A DNA stretch of 64,000 nt, from IMG/VR virus record IMGVR_UViG_3300022895_000010. One strand, 5' to 3'. Source of the stretch: a virus. Below the pieces are notes generated by a model that saw nothing but the letters and a program-made list of their open reading frames with translations, was not told the DNA's origin and searched no databases. How positions within the stretch are numbered: position 1 is the first letter of the stretch; each line of letters starts with the position of its first letter. The position numbers and the translations under genes are program-made. Positions 19,488 to 30,300 of this stretch are shown piece after piece.

Positions 19488-20264
19488 TTAAAAATTAAAT
19501 CTATTAGAATTATTTTCTTCTAAACTAATTGTAAACTTGTTTCCTTCTGCATCAATTTTTACCGGTATTCTACCTTCTTTGAAGCCCATTCTAGTTAGAG
19601 TATTAATTACTTCTTTTCTAGTTAAAGGAGTATAGAATGCTTCATCAGACCAAGTCTTAGAATTTGAATATACATTAAAATCACCTTTATCAGCTAATAC
19701 AAATTCAACTATACCTTTATTTGGATTGAAGTTTATATTATAATGTCTTCTACCAGTTTTCTTTGCAAATGTCTTTATAGTCTCATTAAATGATATATAA
19801 TTAGTATATCCTTCTGATTTTAATGTAATAAATGGTTGACGGTAATAAGTTCTTGCAAATATATCTTCATGTTTTCTTTCTGGATTATCATTTCCAGTCA
19901 ATATAATCTTTCCAGCAGACATTGTTTTTACTAATTCTACTTGAATTGTTCCATAGTTGAATCCCATTCCTAATAGTAAATTTTTAATTGGAACTGATGA
20001 AATGCCGAATGGGGTAACGCCAGGATTCCAAGGAGTACTATATAAAGATTTACCTTCATGACTTAATAGAAATTCTACCTTATTTTCTTCTTCATTATAA
20101 AATACTTTAAAGAATTTTAAATCAGTTTTAGAAATAAAATCTTTTACATTTGCACTTAAAGTTATATGAGGATCATTTTCTCTAAAGGTAATAGTTGAAT
20201 TACTGTTCTTTGGTAAATTTAAGTCTAATTCTTTCCACATATTATTTAACTCCTTTATAAACAT
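19488..20264 (-). CDS. hypothetical protein with two copies of a repeated early-protein domain
   Basis: Internal duplication (LL.MGF..G.I.V); paralogous to neighbours. Confidence 0.7.
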   Translation of the reverse strand: MFIKELNNMWKELDLNLPKNSNSTITFRENDPHITLSANVKDFISKTDLKFFKVFYNEEENKVEFLLSHEGKSLYSTPWNPGVTPFGISSVPIKNLLLGMGFNYGTIQVELVKTMSAGKIILTGNDNPERKHEDIFARTYYRQPFITLKSEGYTNYISFNETIKTFAKKTGRRHYNINFNPNKGIVEFVLADKGDFNVYSNSKTWSDEAFYTPLTRKEVINTLTRMGFKEGRIPVKIDAEGNKFTISLEENNSNRFNF

Positions 20265-20619
20265 CTAAAGATATTATAAATTTTTCGTTTTCACTATCTA
20301 CTTCTACTGGAATTCTACCATAATTAAATCCCATATCTAATAATACTTGAACTACATCATTCCTAGATAATCCTGAGTGGAATGGCTGATTCATATTAAT
20401 TCCATATTCAGGGTATACATTAAAATCAAGACCATTGTCAGTTAATACAAATTCAATCACTTTCTTTTCAGTATCAAATATAATCTTGTAATATCTTTTA
20501 TCTGTTTTTCTTACAAATTCTTTCAAAGCAGTATTAAACCTTATGAAAGCAGGTGATGTTGCAAGTGTTATAAAGAATCTTGATTTTACTGGTAGTCTAT
20601 TCATTATTTCTCTTCTCAT
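20242..20619 (-). CDS. hypothetical protein, paralogue of 19488-20264 domain
   Basis: IRFNTALKEFVRKTDKRYY...VLLDMGFNYGRIPV. Confidence 0.7.
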   Translation of the reverse strand: MRREIMNRLPVKSRFFITLATSPAFIRFNTALKEFVRKTDKRYYKIIFDTEKKVIEFVLTDNGLDFNVYPEYGINMNQPFHSGLSRNDVVQVLLDMGFNYGRIPVEVDSENEKFIISLDVYKGVK

Positions 20620-20975
20620 GCTAATTTCTCCCCTAAACGATAATTATAATTATCTACTATTTTTCTAACTTCTTCTATTTTTATTAAATAATCAGGTACT
20701 AATAAGAATTTCTTAGGATCATTTGTCTTGAAGAAATTCATTCTTGATACACAATCTACTTCTAATTGAGTTACACCAGACTTAGATACTTTTACACCTT
20801 TTATACCACTCTTAAATTCTAGTAAATATATTCTGTATTTATCACTAATTCTACTATTAATCCAATACGTATGATAATCATTGTCATACATATAACTTTT
20901 TAATCTACTTGAATTGTAATGTCTATGAAATCCTACTCTAGTAAGGAATATTAAAGGTTCTAACATTTCAGCCAT
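20616..20975 (-). CDS. hypothetical protein
   Basis: ORF track, operon packing. Confidence 0.65.
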   Translation of the reverse strand: MAEMLEPLIFLTRVGFHRHYNSSRLKSYMYDNDYHTYWINSRISDKYRIYLLEFKSGIKGVKVSKSGVTQLEVDCVSRMNFFKTNDPKKFLLVPDYLIKIEEVRKIVDNYNYRLGEKLA

Positions 20976-21661
20976 TATATTGATCTCTCCTGTTTATAAA
21001 TTTCTTTTCCAGTCACTCTAAATAATTTTTCATCTCTATATAAAGTATATACATATCCTTCGATGAAATCATAATCTTCTAAGTATTCTAAAACATAATT
21101 TTTCCCTCTTAAAAGAACTTTTGGAATAGGATTAGCTTTTGCTGGAGTATTTTCAAATTCAAATACCGCTACAACAGGTTCATCAAAAGACCAAGCATAA
21201 ATTAATTTATTCTCCATATTAACAATATAAGAAAGCTTAGTATGTCTCTTACTTTTAAATAGTTTTCTAAGTGGATGTCCTTTGATATGAGCTAATTCTT
21301 GTTTGATGTGTTCTAGCGGTTTTTCTAAATATCCTCTTTCTCTTAGATATTCAATTGCATCTTCAACAATAAATCTAAAGTTTTCTGGGACATCCTCTAC
21401 CTTTATACAATTCTCTGGTTTTGCAAAGGATTTAGTTGAACCAGCAGTTTTCTTAGTAAATGTTTCAAATAATATTAGAGGATTTTCAGTATAGTATGAT
21501 ATTCTAATAGCCGCTTTTTCACCATTAGGAAGTTGAGGTACTATTAATATATAATAATGTGATCCAAAATAATCCCATGAAGCTATTCTAAATTTATCAT
21601 TTTTGATTTTATATTCTCTACCTTTATAGCTTAAAAATTTAACACCATCATATTTACTCAT
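20975..21661 (-). CDS. hypothetical protein
   Basis: ORF track. Confidence 0.7.
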   Translation of the reverse strand: MSKYDGVKFLSYKGREYKIKNDKFRIASWDYFGSHYYILIVPQLPNGEKAAIRISYYTENPLILFETFTKKTAGSTKSFAKPENCIKVEDVPENFRFIVEDAIEYLRERGYLEKPLEHIKQELAHIKGHPLRKLFKSKRHTKLSYIVNMENKLIYAWSFDEPVVAVFEFENTPAKANPIPKVLLRGKNYVLEYLEDYDFIEGYVYTLYRDEKLFRVTGKEIYKQERSI

Positions 21662-21663
21662 AG

Positions 21664-22086
21664 TTATTCACCTCTATATTCCATGATTATTTCTGGTAAT
21701 CTTTTACGTCTGCCTAACATTTCATGTGATACAAGAATAAATTCATTATTCTTAGTAGTTCTAAATAGAAACATTCTTGACCTTGATTCTATTTGATTGT
21801 TGCATGTGGAACATAGATTTCCATGTTTATCTAAAGCCCAAATAATACCTTGAGTATCATTTACATCAAAAATTATCTTAAAGACTTGCTCTTTCTTAAT
21901 TAAAGTTTCAATTTTATAACTAAAGAATCCATTTAATAACATGAATTCTCTTAATCTAGAGGAAACATAAGCAGTACTATGACTGTTTACTGTTATAAAA
22001 CAATCCATACCTAAAAGACCTAAATCATACATCAATATCTTCCACCTTATAAAATTTTGCATATTTTCTGTTATATTTCTTATCAT
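21664..22086 (-). CDS. hypothetical protein
   Basis: ORF track; resembles 20616-20975 (SSRL..FM). Confidence 0.6.
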   Translation of the reverse strand: MIRNITENMQNFIRWKILMYDLGLLGMDCFITVNSHSTAYVSSRLREFMLLNGFFSYKIETLIKKEQVFKIIFDVNDTQGIIWALDKHGNLCSTCNNQIESRSRMFLFRTTKNNEFILVSHEMLGRRKRLPEIIMEYRGE

Positions 22087-22414
22087 TATTTCTTAATGCT
22101 TCACCGTAATAATCTTCAAATATATCAAGAACCTCAGACTCAATACATACATCACAATTATTATGACACTTTTCTTCTTCATTTTTGTATATAAATATCA
22201 ATCTTTCATTATCTTTTAAGCTATTACATTTCCCTTCTAAGAACTCCTCATATGTAATAGTCTCTACAATCTTAAAAGGAATTAATTCAGTATCTCTAAC
22301 TCTTTCAGGATTAATACTTTCCTTTAATTGATCAATAGTGTTGAATAATTTTATTGAATGCATATAAGTGCAACAATATTCATTATCCTCAATAATTAAT
22401 AAATAATTTTCCAT
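22025..22414 (-). CDS. hypothetical protein
   Basis: ORF with AGGAGG RBS directly after early-type promoter. Confidence 0.7.
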   Translation of the reverse strand: MENYLLIIEDNEYCCTYMHSIKLFNTIDQLKESINPERVRDTELIPFKIVETITYEEFLEGKCNSLKDNERLIFIYKNEEEKCHNNCDVCIESEVLDIFEDYYGEALRNNDKKYNRKYAKFYKVEDIDV

Positions 22415-22459
22415 AATAAAAAAATCCTCCTTGATAAATTATTAAATCCAATACACCTT

Positions 22460-22475
22460 TATAATATATACTTAA
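22460..22475 (-). promoter_or_regulatory. early-type promoter motif TTAAGTATATATTATA inside a 13-bp inverted repeat (22444-22490)
   Basis: Identical to + strand motif at 53495-53510. Confidence 0.65.
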
Positions 22476-22501
22476 AAGTGTATTGGATTTTTATTAGTTT
22501 A

Positions 22502-22942
22502 TTATAGTATTGCTCCTCGATGTCTTATGGAATAATTAAATGAAAAATCTTCTAAGAAATCTTCATTAACATATTCCTTTTCAAGACAGTTATCTTCAAT
22601 TACAAATTCACCTCTAACATCATATAGGCGTCCATTAATTTCAGTAACAATATGACCAATTTCTCTAATATATACTGGTATAGATATTGGAAATTGAGAC
22701 TTAAGAATATGATAGAACCAACCGCAATTACCACGAGTATAGATTTCTTTAATCATTTCATTACCGCCATCAGTCTCTTCTTCCATTTCAGGTTCACCTT
22801 TAATAAGCTGAATAAATTTAAGAACTTTATCATTTTGATCTTCTGGTTCTTGGAATAATTCATCATGACTATATTGCTTATATACAGTAAATACCTTTAA
22901 ATTAAAATCATTTAATATTGGTTTCTTAATTACTACTGACAT
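22502..22942 (-). CDS. hypothetical protein
   Basis: YTRGNCGWF...GHIVTEINGRLYDVRG; Cys/His/Asp pattern reminiscent of a papain-like fold. Confidence 0.65.
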   Translation of the reverse strand: MSVVIKKPILNDFNLKVFTVYKQYSHDELFQEPEDQNDKVLKFIQLIKGEPEMEEETDGGNEMIKEIYTRGNCGWFYHILKSQFPISIPVYIREIGHIVTEINGRLYDVRGEFVIEDNCLEKEYVNEDFLEDFSFNYSIRHRGAIL

Positions 22943-23068
22943 TATTTGTTTCTCCCTAATGCAGATTTAGTTTGAATTTTAATTAATTCCGAAGTATTTT
23001 TACCACCATTCAATAGAGTATCACCAAATTTACCATATAGTGAAGCCGCTTTAATTTTGACTGGTTTT

Positions 23069-23740
23069 TTATTCTTCATTTTCATCATCCTCCAAGAATA
23101 GATTTAGTTTTACATCATTTGACGGAAATCTGTCACTAACTTCATCAAGACTATTTACAGGTTTCTTATCAAATACTTTACTATTTATTCTACCTACACG
23201 ATAAAGTTGCTCTGAACTATCAAATGCTTTGTGAATAGTTAGTTCATGACTTAATAATTTATCAACTGTTTTAGGATCTACTTCACCATATAAGAATTCC
23301 GTAACATTTTTCCCATTTACGATATTATCACGGAGTAAATATATTAAATAATGTTTCCCTTTATATTTTATTTCAAAAACAAAGGGTTGCGATATGCTCA
23401 TTAAAGTAGTTACTTTATATTCAGGATTTTCTTCTCCTTCATCAAATATAAAGTTGAATATACTTTTGATAGGACTTTTAAGCATCTTATCCATCTCAAC
23501 AAAATAATCTGGTTTTGGAAATCTATCAGAGAATTCAATCTTTTCTTCAATAGTATATTCAACATCAAAAGCATCATCCCAGAATAATAATAAATTTGTC
23601 TTTTCAGGTAAATAAGCGACAATTATAGCATATGACATATCACCTGCATAACCAGTGCACCACCAAGGAAAACTAGGGTTGAAATGAAGAGGTCTGTAAT
23701 CCTCTACTGATTTTGTCTTAAATCTATATCTTTTCCACAT
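23069..23740 (-). CDS. hypothetical protein, probably two-domain
   Basis: ORF track. Confidence 0.7.
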   Translation of the reverse strand: MWKRYRFKTKSVEDYRPLHFNPSFPWWCTGYAGDMSYAIIVAYLPEKTNLLLFWDDAFDVEYTIEEKIEFSDRFPKPDYFVEMDKMLKSPIKSIFNFIFDEGEENPEYKVTTLMSISQPFVFEIKYKGKHYLIYLLRDNIVNGKNVTEFLYGEVDPKTVDKLLSHELTIHKAFDSSEQLYRVGRINSKVFDKKPVNSLDEVSDRFPSNDVKLNLFLEDDENEE

Positions 23741-24012
23741 TAAAATACACGCTCCCTTTCTTCTTTTCGTTTCATAACTTCATGAATATAATCTAAACCT
23801 TCTCTACTATTAAACCACGTTTCAGCTTTTCTTATAGCAGGAAATCTTTTAATAATACCTTCATCTATTAAATGAGATCCAGGAATCATTACATGATTTA
23901 CTGTTTCTCCATTATTCATTATTACATCTGCTTCATATAATTTACCACCCATTAACATGTGATAGAATCTAATTTTCATTTTAAACGGTTTTAATTCCTT
24001 TTTCTCTTCCAT
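23740..24012 (-). CDS. hypothetical protein
   Basis: ORF track. Confidence 0.65.
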   Translation of the reverse strand: MEEKKELKPFKMKIRFYHMLMGGKLYEADVIMNNGETVNHVMIPGSHLIDEGIIKRFPAIRKAETWFNSREGLDYIHEVMKRKEERERVF

Positions 24013-24328
24013 TGTTATATTTCTCCTCTGCTATTTGAATTGCTTTATCCATACCATGTTCATTCCAATCATCAAAATCAATTAGACCACCTTCAAGACT
24101 TAAATCAGGTCTTTTTCTAGTAATATACCTTGCTAGACCTCCGCATACTACAGATGTATCTCCATGACAAGACCAATTATGACCACTGTTTTCTTTTATT
24201 TTTATAATATCAAAACTATCTGGAAGACATCCATATCCCTGTGCTTGTTCAGCTTCCATACTGCAAGAGAAGGGGCAAGTTAAGCACCCTCCTGATCCAC
24301 AAGGCGATCTATCTGTTGTAGTACCCAT
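23981..24328 (-). CDS. Cys-rich hypothetical protein (putative metal-binding)
   Basis: CGSGGCLTCPFSC, GCLP, WSCH, VCGG. Confidence 0.7.
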   Translation of the reverse strand: MGTTTDRSPCGSGGCLTCPFSCSMEAEQAQGYGCLPDSFDIIKIKENSGHNWSCHGDTSVVCGGLARYITRKRPDLSLEGGLIDFDDWNEHGMDKAIQIAEEKYNNGREKGIKTV

Positions 24329-25626
24329 TAATTTATACCTCCGTCATTTGAATGAATAGTAAATGATTCATATCCTTCACCATTGAAATATATTCCATAT
24401 CTGCCAAAACTGAAACCTTCATTAATAAACATTTTAGATACTTTAACCCCACCGAAACCTCTAGTTAATACTGATTTAGACATCACTTCTTCATTAAGTT
24501 CAAATGAGAAGTCACCGTTCTTTTCATCTTCAAATCTAAATTCAATAGAACCATTATTAGTAGCTGAATCTCTATGTTTTACTGTTATATTTATATACTT
24601 TTTATTATTCTTTCTAACAATATCTTTTAATTGCTCATTAAAGTGAATACATGGTGTATATGGTGATATACGTACAAATGGTTTTCCATATAATTCTTTT
24701 TGACTTGTTTCTTTCTTTTTATTATAAGCAGGAACAAGAACACTTTTTATATCTGGTAAAGATTTAGTTTCTCTTAATTCAAGCACTTCTTTTAAATATA
24801 ATTCAATAGATTCTTTACTATCACCGCTTATACTTTCTCTCTTAACCCAGAGACCCATTAATACACCTGATGTGAAATGATTAGTAATAGTTCTTTCAAC
24901 TATTCCAATTATAATATCTCTTATTGATTTTTCATTAATTTCAGCTATTTCATAGAATTTAATAGCATTTTTTAATGTTCCTATAAATTTATCTGTTATA
25001 ACAATATCTATTTTAAATAAATCTTCTTCATTTTTTTCTTCTGTATCAATTTCTTTGCCTTCCATAATAAGGTCAACATTATCTGAAAAGTTCTTATCGT
25101 AATCGTAATGATTATCTTCTGCAAAATCATTAAATAGTTTATCTTTCTTAGTTAATTCTTCACAATATACTGATACTCCATAAGCTTGCTTCTTAGTATA
25201 AGATTGTTGATACCAAATATAACCTACTCCACCATCATCATCAGACCATATAAGCATGTTACCATCTTTATCCACTTTAGCTAAACATGCCATAAAATCC
25301 CACCATGTAATTTCTGTATCATTGAATGGCACTGCATCTACATTAATATAATCACTATTATAATTATCAATATCTGGTACAACTACTGAAATAAACATAT
25401 GTGTAGCTTCATTTCTTTCAAGATAATATTGAGGATCAATTTTATCGAAATCATATTCAAGATCATTTACTCTTTTACTAGTATCTAAAGCTTTCTTCAA
25501 TAATTTCTTATCATTTTCACCTAACGCTACAAATACTCCATCATGGTTATTTGGTTTATTACCTACTTTAAATACATTCTCAATTTTAGTCCAGTTAGTT
25601 TTATAAGTCATTTTAAATTCCTCCAA
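24328..25626 (-). CDS. multidomain hypothetical protein; C-terminus paralogous to 19488-20619 family
   Basis: PFVRIS..CIHFNEQLKDIVRK...MFINEGFSFGRY. Confidence 0.7.
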   Translation of the reverse strand: MEEFKMTYKTNWTKIENVFKVGNKPNNHDGVFVALGENDKKLLKKALDTSKRVNDLEYDFDKIDPQYYLERNEATHMFISVVVPDIDNYNSDYINVDAVPFNDTEITWWDFMACLAKVDKDGNMLIWSDDDGGVGYIWYQQSYTKKQAYGVSVYCEELTKKDKLFNDFAEDNHYDYDKNFSDNVDLIMEGKEIDTEEKNEEDLFKIDIVITDKFIGTLKNAIKFYEIAEINEKSIRDIIIGIVERTITNHFTSGVLMGLWVKRESISGDSKESIELYLKEVLELRETKSLPDIKSVLVPAYNKKKETSQKELYGKPFVRISPYTPCIHFNEQLKDIVRKNNKKYINITVKHRDSATNNGSIEFRFEDEKNGDFSFELNEEVMSKSVLTRGFGGVKVSKMFINEGFSFGRYGIYFNGEGYESFTIHSNDGGIN

Positions 25627-25635
25627 GTAATTTTA

Positions 25636-25863
25636 TTAGTATACTTTTCTCATATCTTTCCATTTACCACATTTTTCACATACTTTACCCTTATAGATAT
25701 CAGCCATCCAGCCACCGCCAGTTGTTCCTTGAATCCTTCTATATGTATGGTCACAGAATAATGAACGGATTCTCTTAACTCTAATAGGCGTTGCAGTTCC
25801 ACTAAAGAATACTAATTCTCCAAAATTGTTTGTAAATTTATTCATTCTTAATAATTTTCTCAT
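25636..25863 (-). CDS. small zinc-ribbon-like protein
   Basis: LFCDH...VCEKCGK. Confidence 0.6.
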   Translation of the reverse strand: MRKLLRMNKFTNNFGELVFFSGTATPIRVKRIRSLFCDHTYRRIQGTTGGGWMADIYKGKVCEKCGKWKDMRKVY

Positions 25864-25877
25864 ATCAATTCTCTCCC

Positions 25878-26198
25878 TTAGCTAGCTTTGTAAATAAATC
25901 TATCCTCATTAAATACTACTTCAAGTCTTCCTTCTCTTAATATACCATTTACTTTATCTTTATTTTTTCTAGATATATTAATATTTCTCTTAGATAGTAA
26001 AGAATATTGACACTTATTATGAATTTCTTTAACCTTTCTAACTAAGCTAAGACCTTCAGTATCATTTAATATAAAATGGATTTCATTATTAATTGATTCA
26101 ATTTTAATGAATTTCTTTTCCTTAGTATTAATAATACGCATTACATCACGATTAAATACTATTAAAGGAACATTACTTTCAGAATATGTTATAAACAT
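25878..26198 (-). CDS. hypothetical protein (same early family)
   Basis: FITY...PLIVFN...IHFIL...EGRLEV. Confidence 0.65.
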   Translation of the reverse strand: MFITYSESNVPLIVFNRDVMRIINTKEKKFIKIESINNEIHFILNDTEGLSLVRKVKEIHNKCQYSLLSKRNINISRKNKDKVNGILREGRLEVVFNEDRFIYKAS

Positions 26199-26352
26199 AT
26201 CAAAACCCCCATTATTAAAATTATTAACTTAATCATTTAAAATAAAAATTATAAACTATATTAGATTAAATTAAATTCTAATAAATAATATGTAATTATA
26301 ATTAAATTTAACTATTCTTAGTCCTTAATATAAAAGAAAAAGATTATTCAAA

Positions 26353-26364
26353 AACAAAAAAATA
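26353..26364 (+). promoter_or_regulatory. late-type promoter AACA-N6-TA
   Basis: AACAAAAAAATA at start of structural block. Confidence 0.6.
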
Positions 26365-26394
26365 ACTTATGTGTTTGAAAGGAGTACTTTTATA

Positions 26395-27315
26395 ATGAAA
26401 AAACTTACAGATAGTGCTATATTTACAAAATTAGGGTCAAACCAATCAGTAATGAACAATGTTAGAAGTATCAATATTACACGAGATAAAATCCCTATGG
26501 AGACTTATCAGAATGAGATTTCTACGATCCAGAGACGTATTAATTATCCAACTAAGGGTAAAGTAATGTATAATTTGATGAATGAACGTATCATTCTTAT
26601 TAATAATCCTAGTATCAAGCTACCTAAATACTTAAACATTGTTGGTACACAAAGTACCAATAAAGGTATTGTAATGACAGTAGCAATTAATAGTTATACT
26701 AATAGTTCAGGTGAAATTTTCCCTAAAACATTATTTGGATTACTTCAAAATGCTACTATTTCATTAGAATTATTTGAAAACTGGAATCGTTTTACAATGC
26801 ATATTGAATTCCTTAAAAATGCGGCTCAATCATACTCTCGTTTAATGGGTAAAGTATTTGATAAGCTATTTGCAATCAATATTGATGATTTTAAAGCTGA
26901 TTTAGTTCATTTCTATTTATCTAAGTTCTTCTTAGTAAATGTATGTGGTAAAAATGATTCTGATACGGTAAATAACATTGCTTATGCTTCTTGTTATAAT
27001 CGTTCTAACTATAGTTTAGTTACAGACCAAGAAGATACATTTAATGGTAAGCAGTATGATAATATCTTTGAATTATTTAACAATCTTAAGACTGTACCAG
27101 GATTAGAAGGACTAAATATTCGTGGATTTATTGAGAACTGGGTAAGAATGTATGGGGAATCTACTTTATTAGCAATGGATTACTTACCTGCATTCCTTAA
27201 CATGATCTTTGCTTCTATTGTTGGTGGTAACTTAAATAAAGAGTATATCATTGATAGTGTTGCTGGAAAAACTAATAACAAAGCGTTTATGGAGTTCAGT
27301 AAATTAATTAAATAA
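26395..27315 (+). CDS. probable virion structural protein
   Basis: ATG after AAGGAG RBS; first gene of late block. Confidence 0.65.
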   Translation: MKKLTDSAIFTKLGSNQSVMNNVRSINITRDKIPMETYQNEISTIQRRINYPTKGKVMYNLMNERIILINNPSIKLPKYLNIVGTQSTNKGIVMTVAINSYTNSSGEIFPKTLFGLLQNATISLELFENWNRFTMHIEFLKNAAQSYSRLMGKVFDKLFAINIDDFKADLVHFYLSKFFLVNVCGKNDSDTVNNIAYASCYNRSNYSLVTDQEDTFNGKQYDNIFELFNNLKTVPGLEGLNIRGFIENWVRMYGESTLLAMDYLPAFLNMIFASIVGGNLNKEYIIDSVAGKTNNKAFMEFSKLIK

Positions 27316-27328
27316 AAGAGGTGTTTTT

Positions 27329-30300
27329 ATGTTAAACTTGTATTACTATAAGTATATGAGTCTAATTAAGAAGAATCGCCTTGACCTTTATGAAAACATA
27401 AATGTGTTTAAAAAGCAGAATAAGAAGATTTCCTTAAATGGGAACTTCTTATTTGCTACTATTAATAAAGGTTTCGTAGCGCATCTCTTAACTAAAGATG
27501 ATTACTCTAAAAGAAAAGAAATACTAATATCTGATGGAGATGTATTCAATATCAATGTAACAGATGATAAGATATTCTTATTACTTGCTAATAAGATTAA
27601 AATATACAATTATACTGTAACAAATGTTGTGGATATTAATATTACATTCAACAGAGATATTTTTTTCAGTCCTGCTATTGATTACAGTACTCAATTCAAA
27701 TATAAGAATGGTTTATTATACTTTGAGAACTATTACAGAAGTTATGTAATAGATACTAATAACTCTACAGTAAAAGTTACAGAAGAAATGTTCTTCCTTA
27801 CATCTGTAGAACCATACCGAAATGGTTTTATTCGTTCATTTGAAAAAGCTAATTCGTTTATGCTCTATACTGATATTGATGGAAAATCACCAAGAACTAT
27901 TTTCTCTAGAATATTTGATGATTCAATAAATGTAGTTAATACTGTAAAAGTTATTGATGAAACTGATATTATTGTAAGCTTTTATGATGGGGAAATAAGA
28001 AGAATTACATTAGATGATTCTTTAGATATTGTTGTCAATGAGGTTCTTGTAACATTACCAACTCATCCAGATACTATTGATTATAATAAAACTTATATCA
28101 TATTCTCTTATCCAGAAGGCATTTATCTCCTTAATAGAAAGACAAAGGAATTAGAATTTATTAGAGTATCAGGTTATGTTGAAGATATGATTTGTAATGA
28201 TCTTCTTGTCTTTTATTCAATTAAGGATGATGTTGTTGCTTCTAATAAGCTATTAAACACGCCTATTGTCAACTTTAATTATCAAGAAGTAGAAGATGGA
28301 CAGAAAGGTGAAATCTTACTTAATTCCCATGTAGAATTGAATCATCGTTTTAAAATCAAGGATGATTCAAAATATAACATAAAGATTTCATTTAGAGGTA
28401 GAGAAGTAGCTACTGGTAATGTAGGTGTTGGATTCTATGATAATATATTCTTAGGAATAGATGGTGGAGTTCTTAGTAGTCAAGGACGCTATATGAGTAA
28501 TATTGAACCAGTTCATAGTTTAGTTAGCGATTATTATGGTTATTCATTATCGACACATGATAAGGATACTTTAGATATAGATAAATCTAAATTAATTCCT
28601 AGATTATATATCAAAGACGTATACACATATGGTACAGGTATATTTTTTAGACTTAGATATTATTCTAAACTAAATTACACTATTGTATTGGAATATGATG
28701 ATGTTAAAACACTTGTATGTAGATATGGAACTAATCCTTTTGAAGAGTTAGATAATCCTCCTAAAATTGTAGCACAATATCATGATACTTCATTGCATGA
28801 GGATTATTTATGGGTTGCTATACCGAATGTATATCATACAACTAACTATAGTGCAATAAAGGTTACAGAATATAACGTTTATGATAAAATAGATGAATAT
28901 AACTATCCAGTCTTTATAGAATATATAGATGATAAACAAACTGTATATGAAACATCTGATGGAGACATAAGACGATTCGAACCTGTTCTATTAAATAATC
29001 CTAATAATGTTATGACTCCTGAAACAGTGGAAAAAACATTAAGAGAGCGTTTAAATCCAACATTCGAATTTAAGAAGCAGGTTAAAGATGCTCCATTAAC
29101 TACTGAAGATAGAATCTCTGTATTTGATAATGGTGAGAAATATGGTTATAGAGACTTCTCTAAGGAAATACCATATGAACACAAAGAATCAGCAATGGAA
29201 TCTATCGTTTATGTAAATGGATTAAGAATGTTTAAGAAGAATTATCTCCAAAATGATAGTCTAGATGGTTTATTATCTACTTATATTGCAGATACAAAAC
29301 TAAAGTTAACTGATACAATAATTGTAGAAGGTAATATGAATAAGATAATAGATAGTGAGAAGTTTATTGGAAGCTATTTAATTACAGAAGCAGATGAACG
29401 TTCTAATATATCCGTAATCGGTGCTAATATATTCTCTAAAGAACCATTAGAAAAGAATATTAGTAGTGATGACCTAAGAGTATATATTAGATATAGTACT
29501 GGTTTCTTCTATAAACGACTAAATCCAAGATATTACCGAATTACCGTAAATAAAGCAATGAACCTAGTAAATGTAATTTTATATGGGGATATGTTGAATG
29601 GAGTAGGTACTGAGATAATAGTAGTTAAGGATGGAGTCAAAGATGAAACTCTATACTTCGATATTAATAGTAGTGGTGATATGAGAGATATTTTACCTTT
29701 AATATTTGTTAACAACATGGGTAATATTTTAACAAATCATATTGAAAATGAAGAAGATATTGAAGTAATAGTAGATGGTCTATATCTATATCCTAAGATC
29801 GACTTCACATTAATAAACGATCCTAAGAAACCAGATATGCCTTCAATTATACTATTTAGAAACACCTTACCTCAACAATGTAAATTAGAAATTAACTTCT
29901 TAAAGACTAAGATTAATAAATCAATTTACTTTAAACAAACAGGCTCTAATAATGAGATTGAATTAAATAACGATAAGAATGTCTTTATAAACGATTCCCT
30001 AACAGTATTTGTAGAGAATAAACGTATATCAAAAGACAATTACGACATCATTAATCATGACTTATTAGTACTTAAAGGAGTAGAGAGTAAGAATAATATA
30101 TTAGTACGATTCAATTATGAAGATACTACTCACCTAGAACTTCTAAGAGATAAGTACAAGCATCAACCAATCAAATATATTGCAGATAATAATACTAGTA
30201 TAAAATCAAAAGGTCAAGACAAGTTCCTAAAAGATTATCTAACATCTAAAGGTATTGCATTAATTACTAATAAACCTAATATCTTTAACTTTGATTCATT

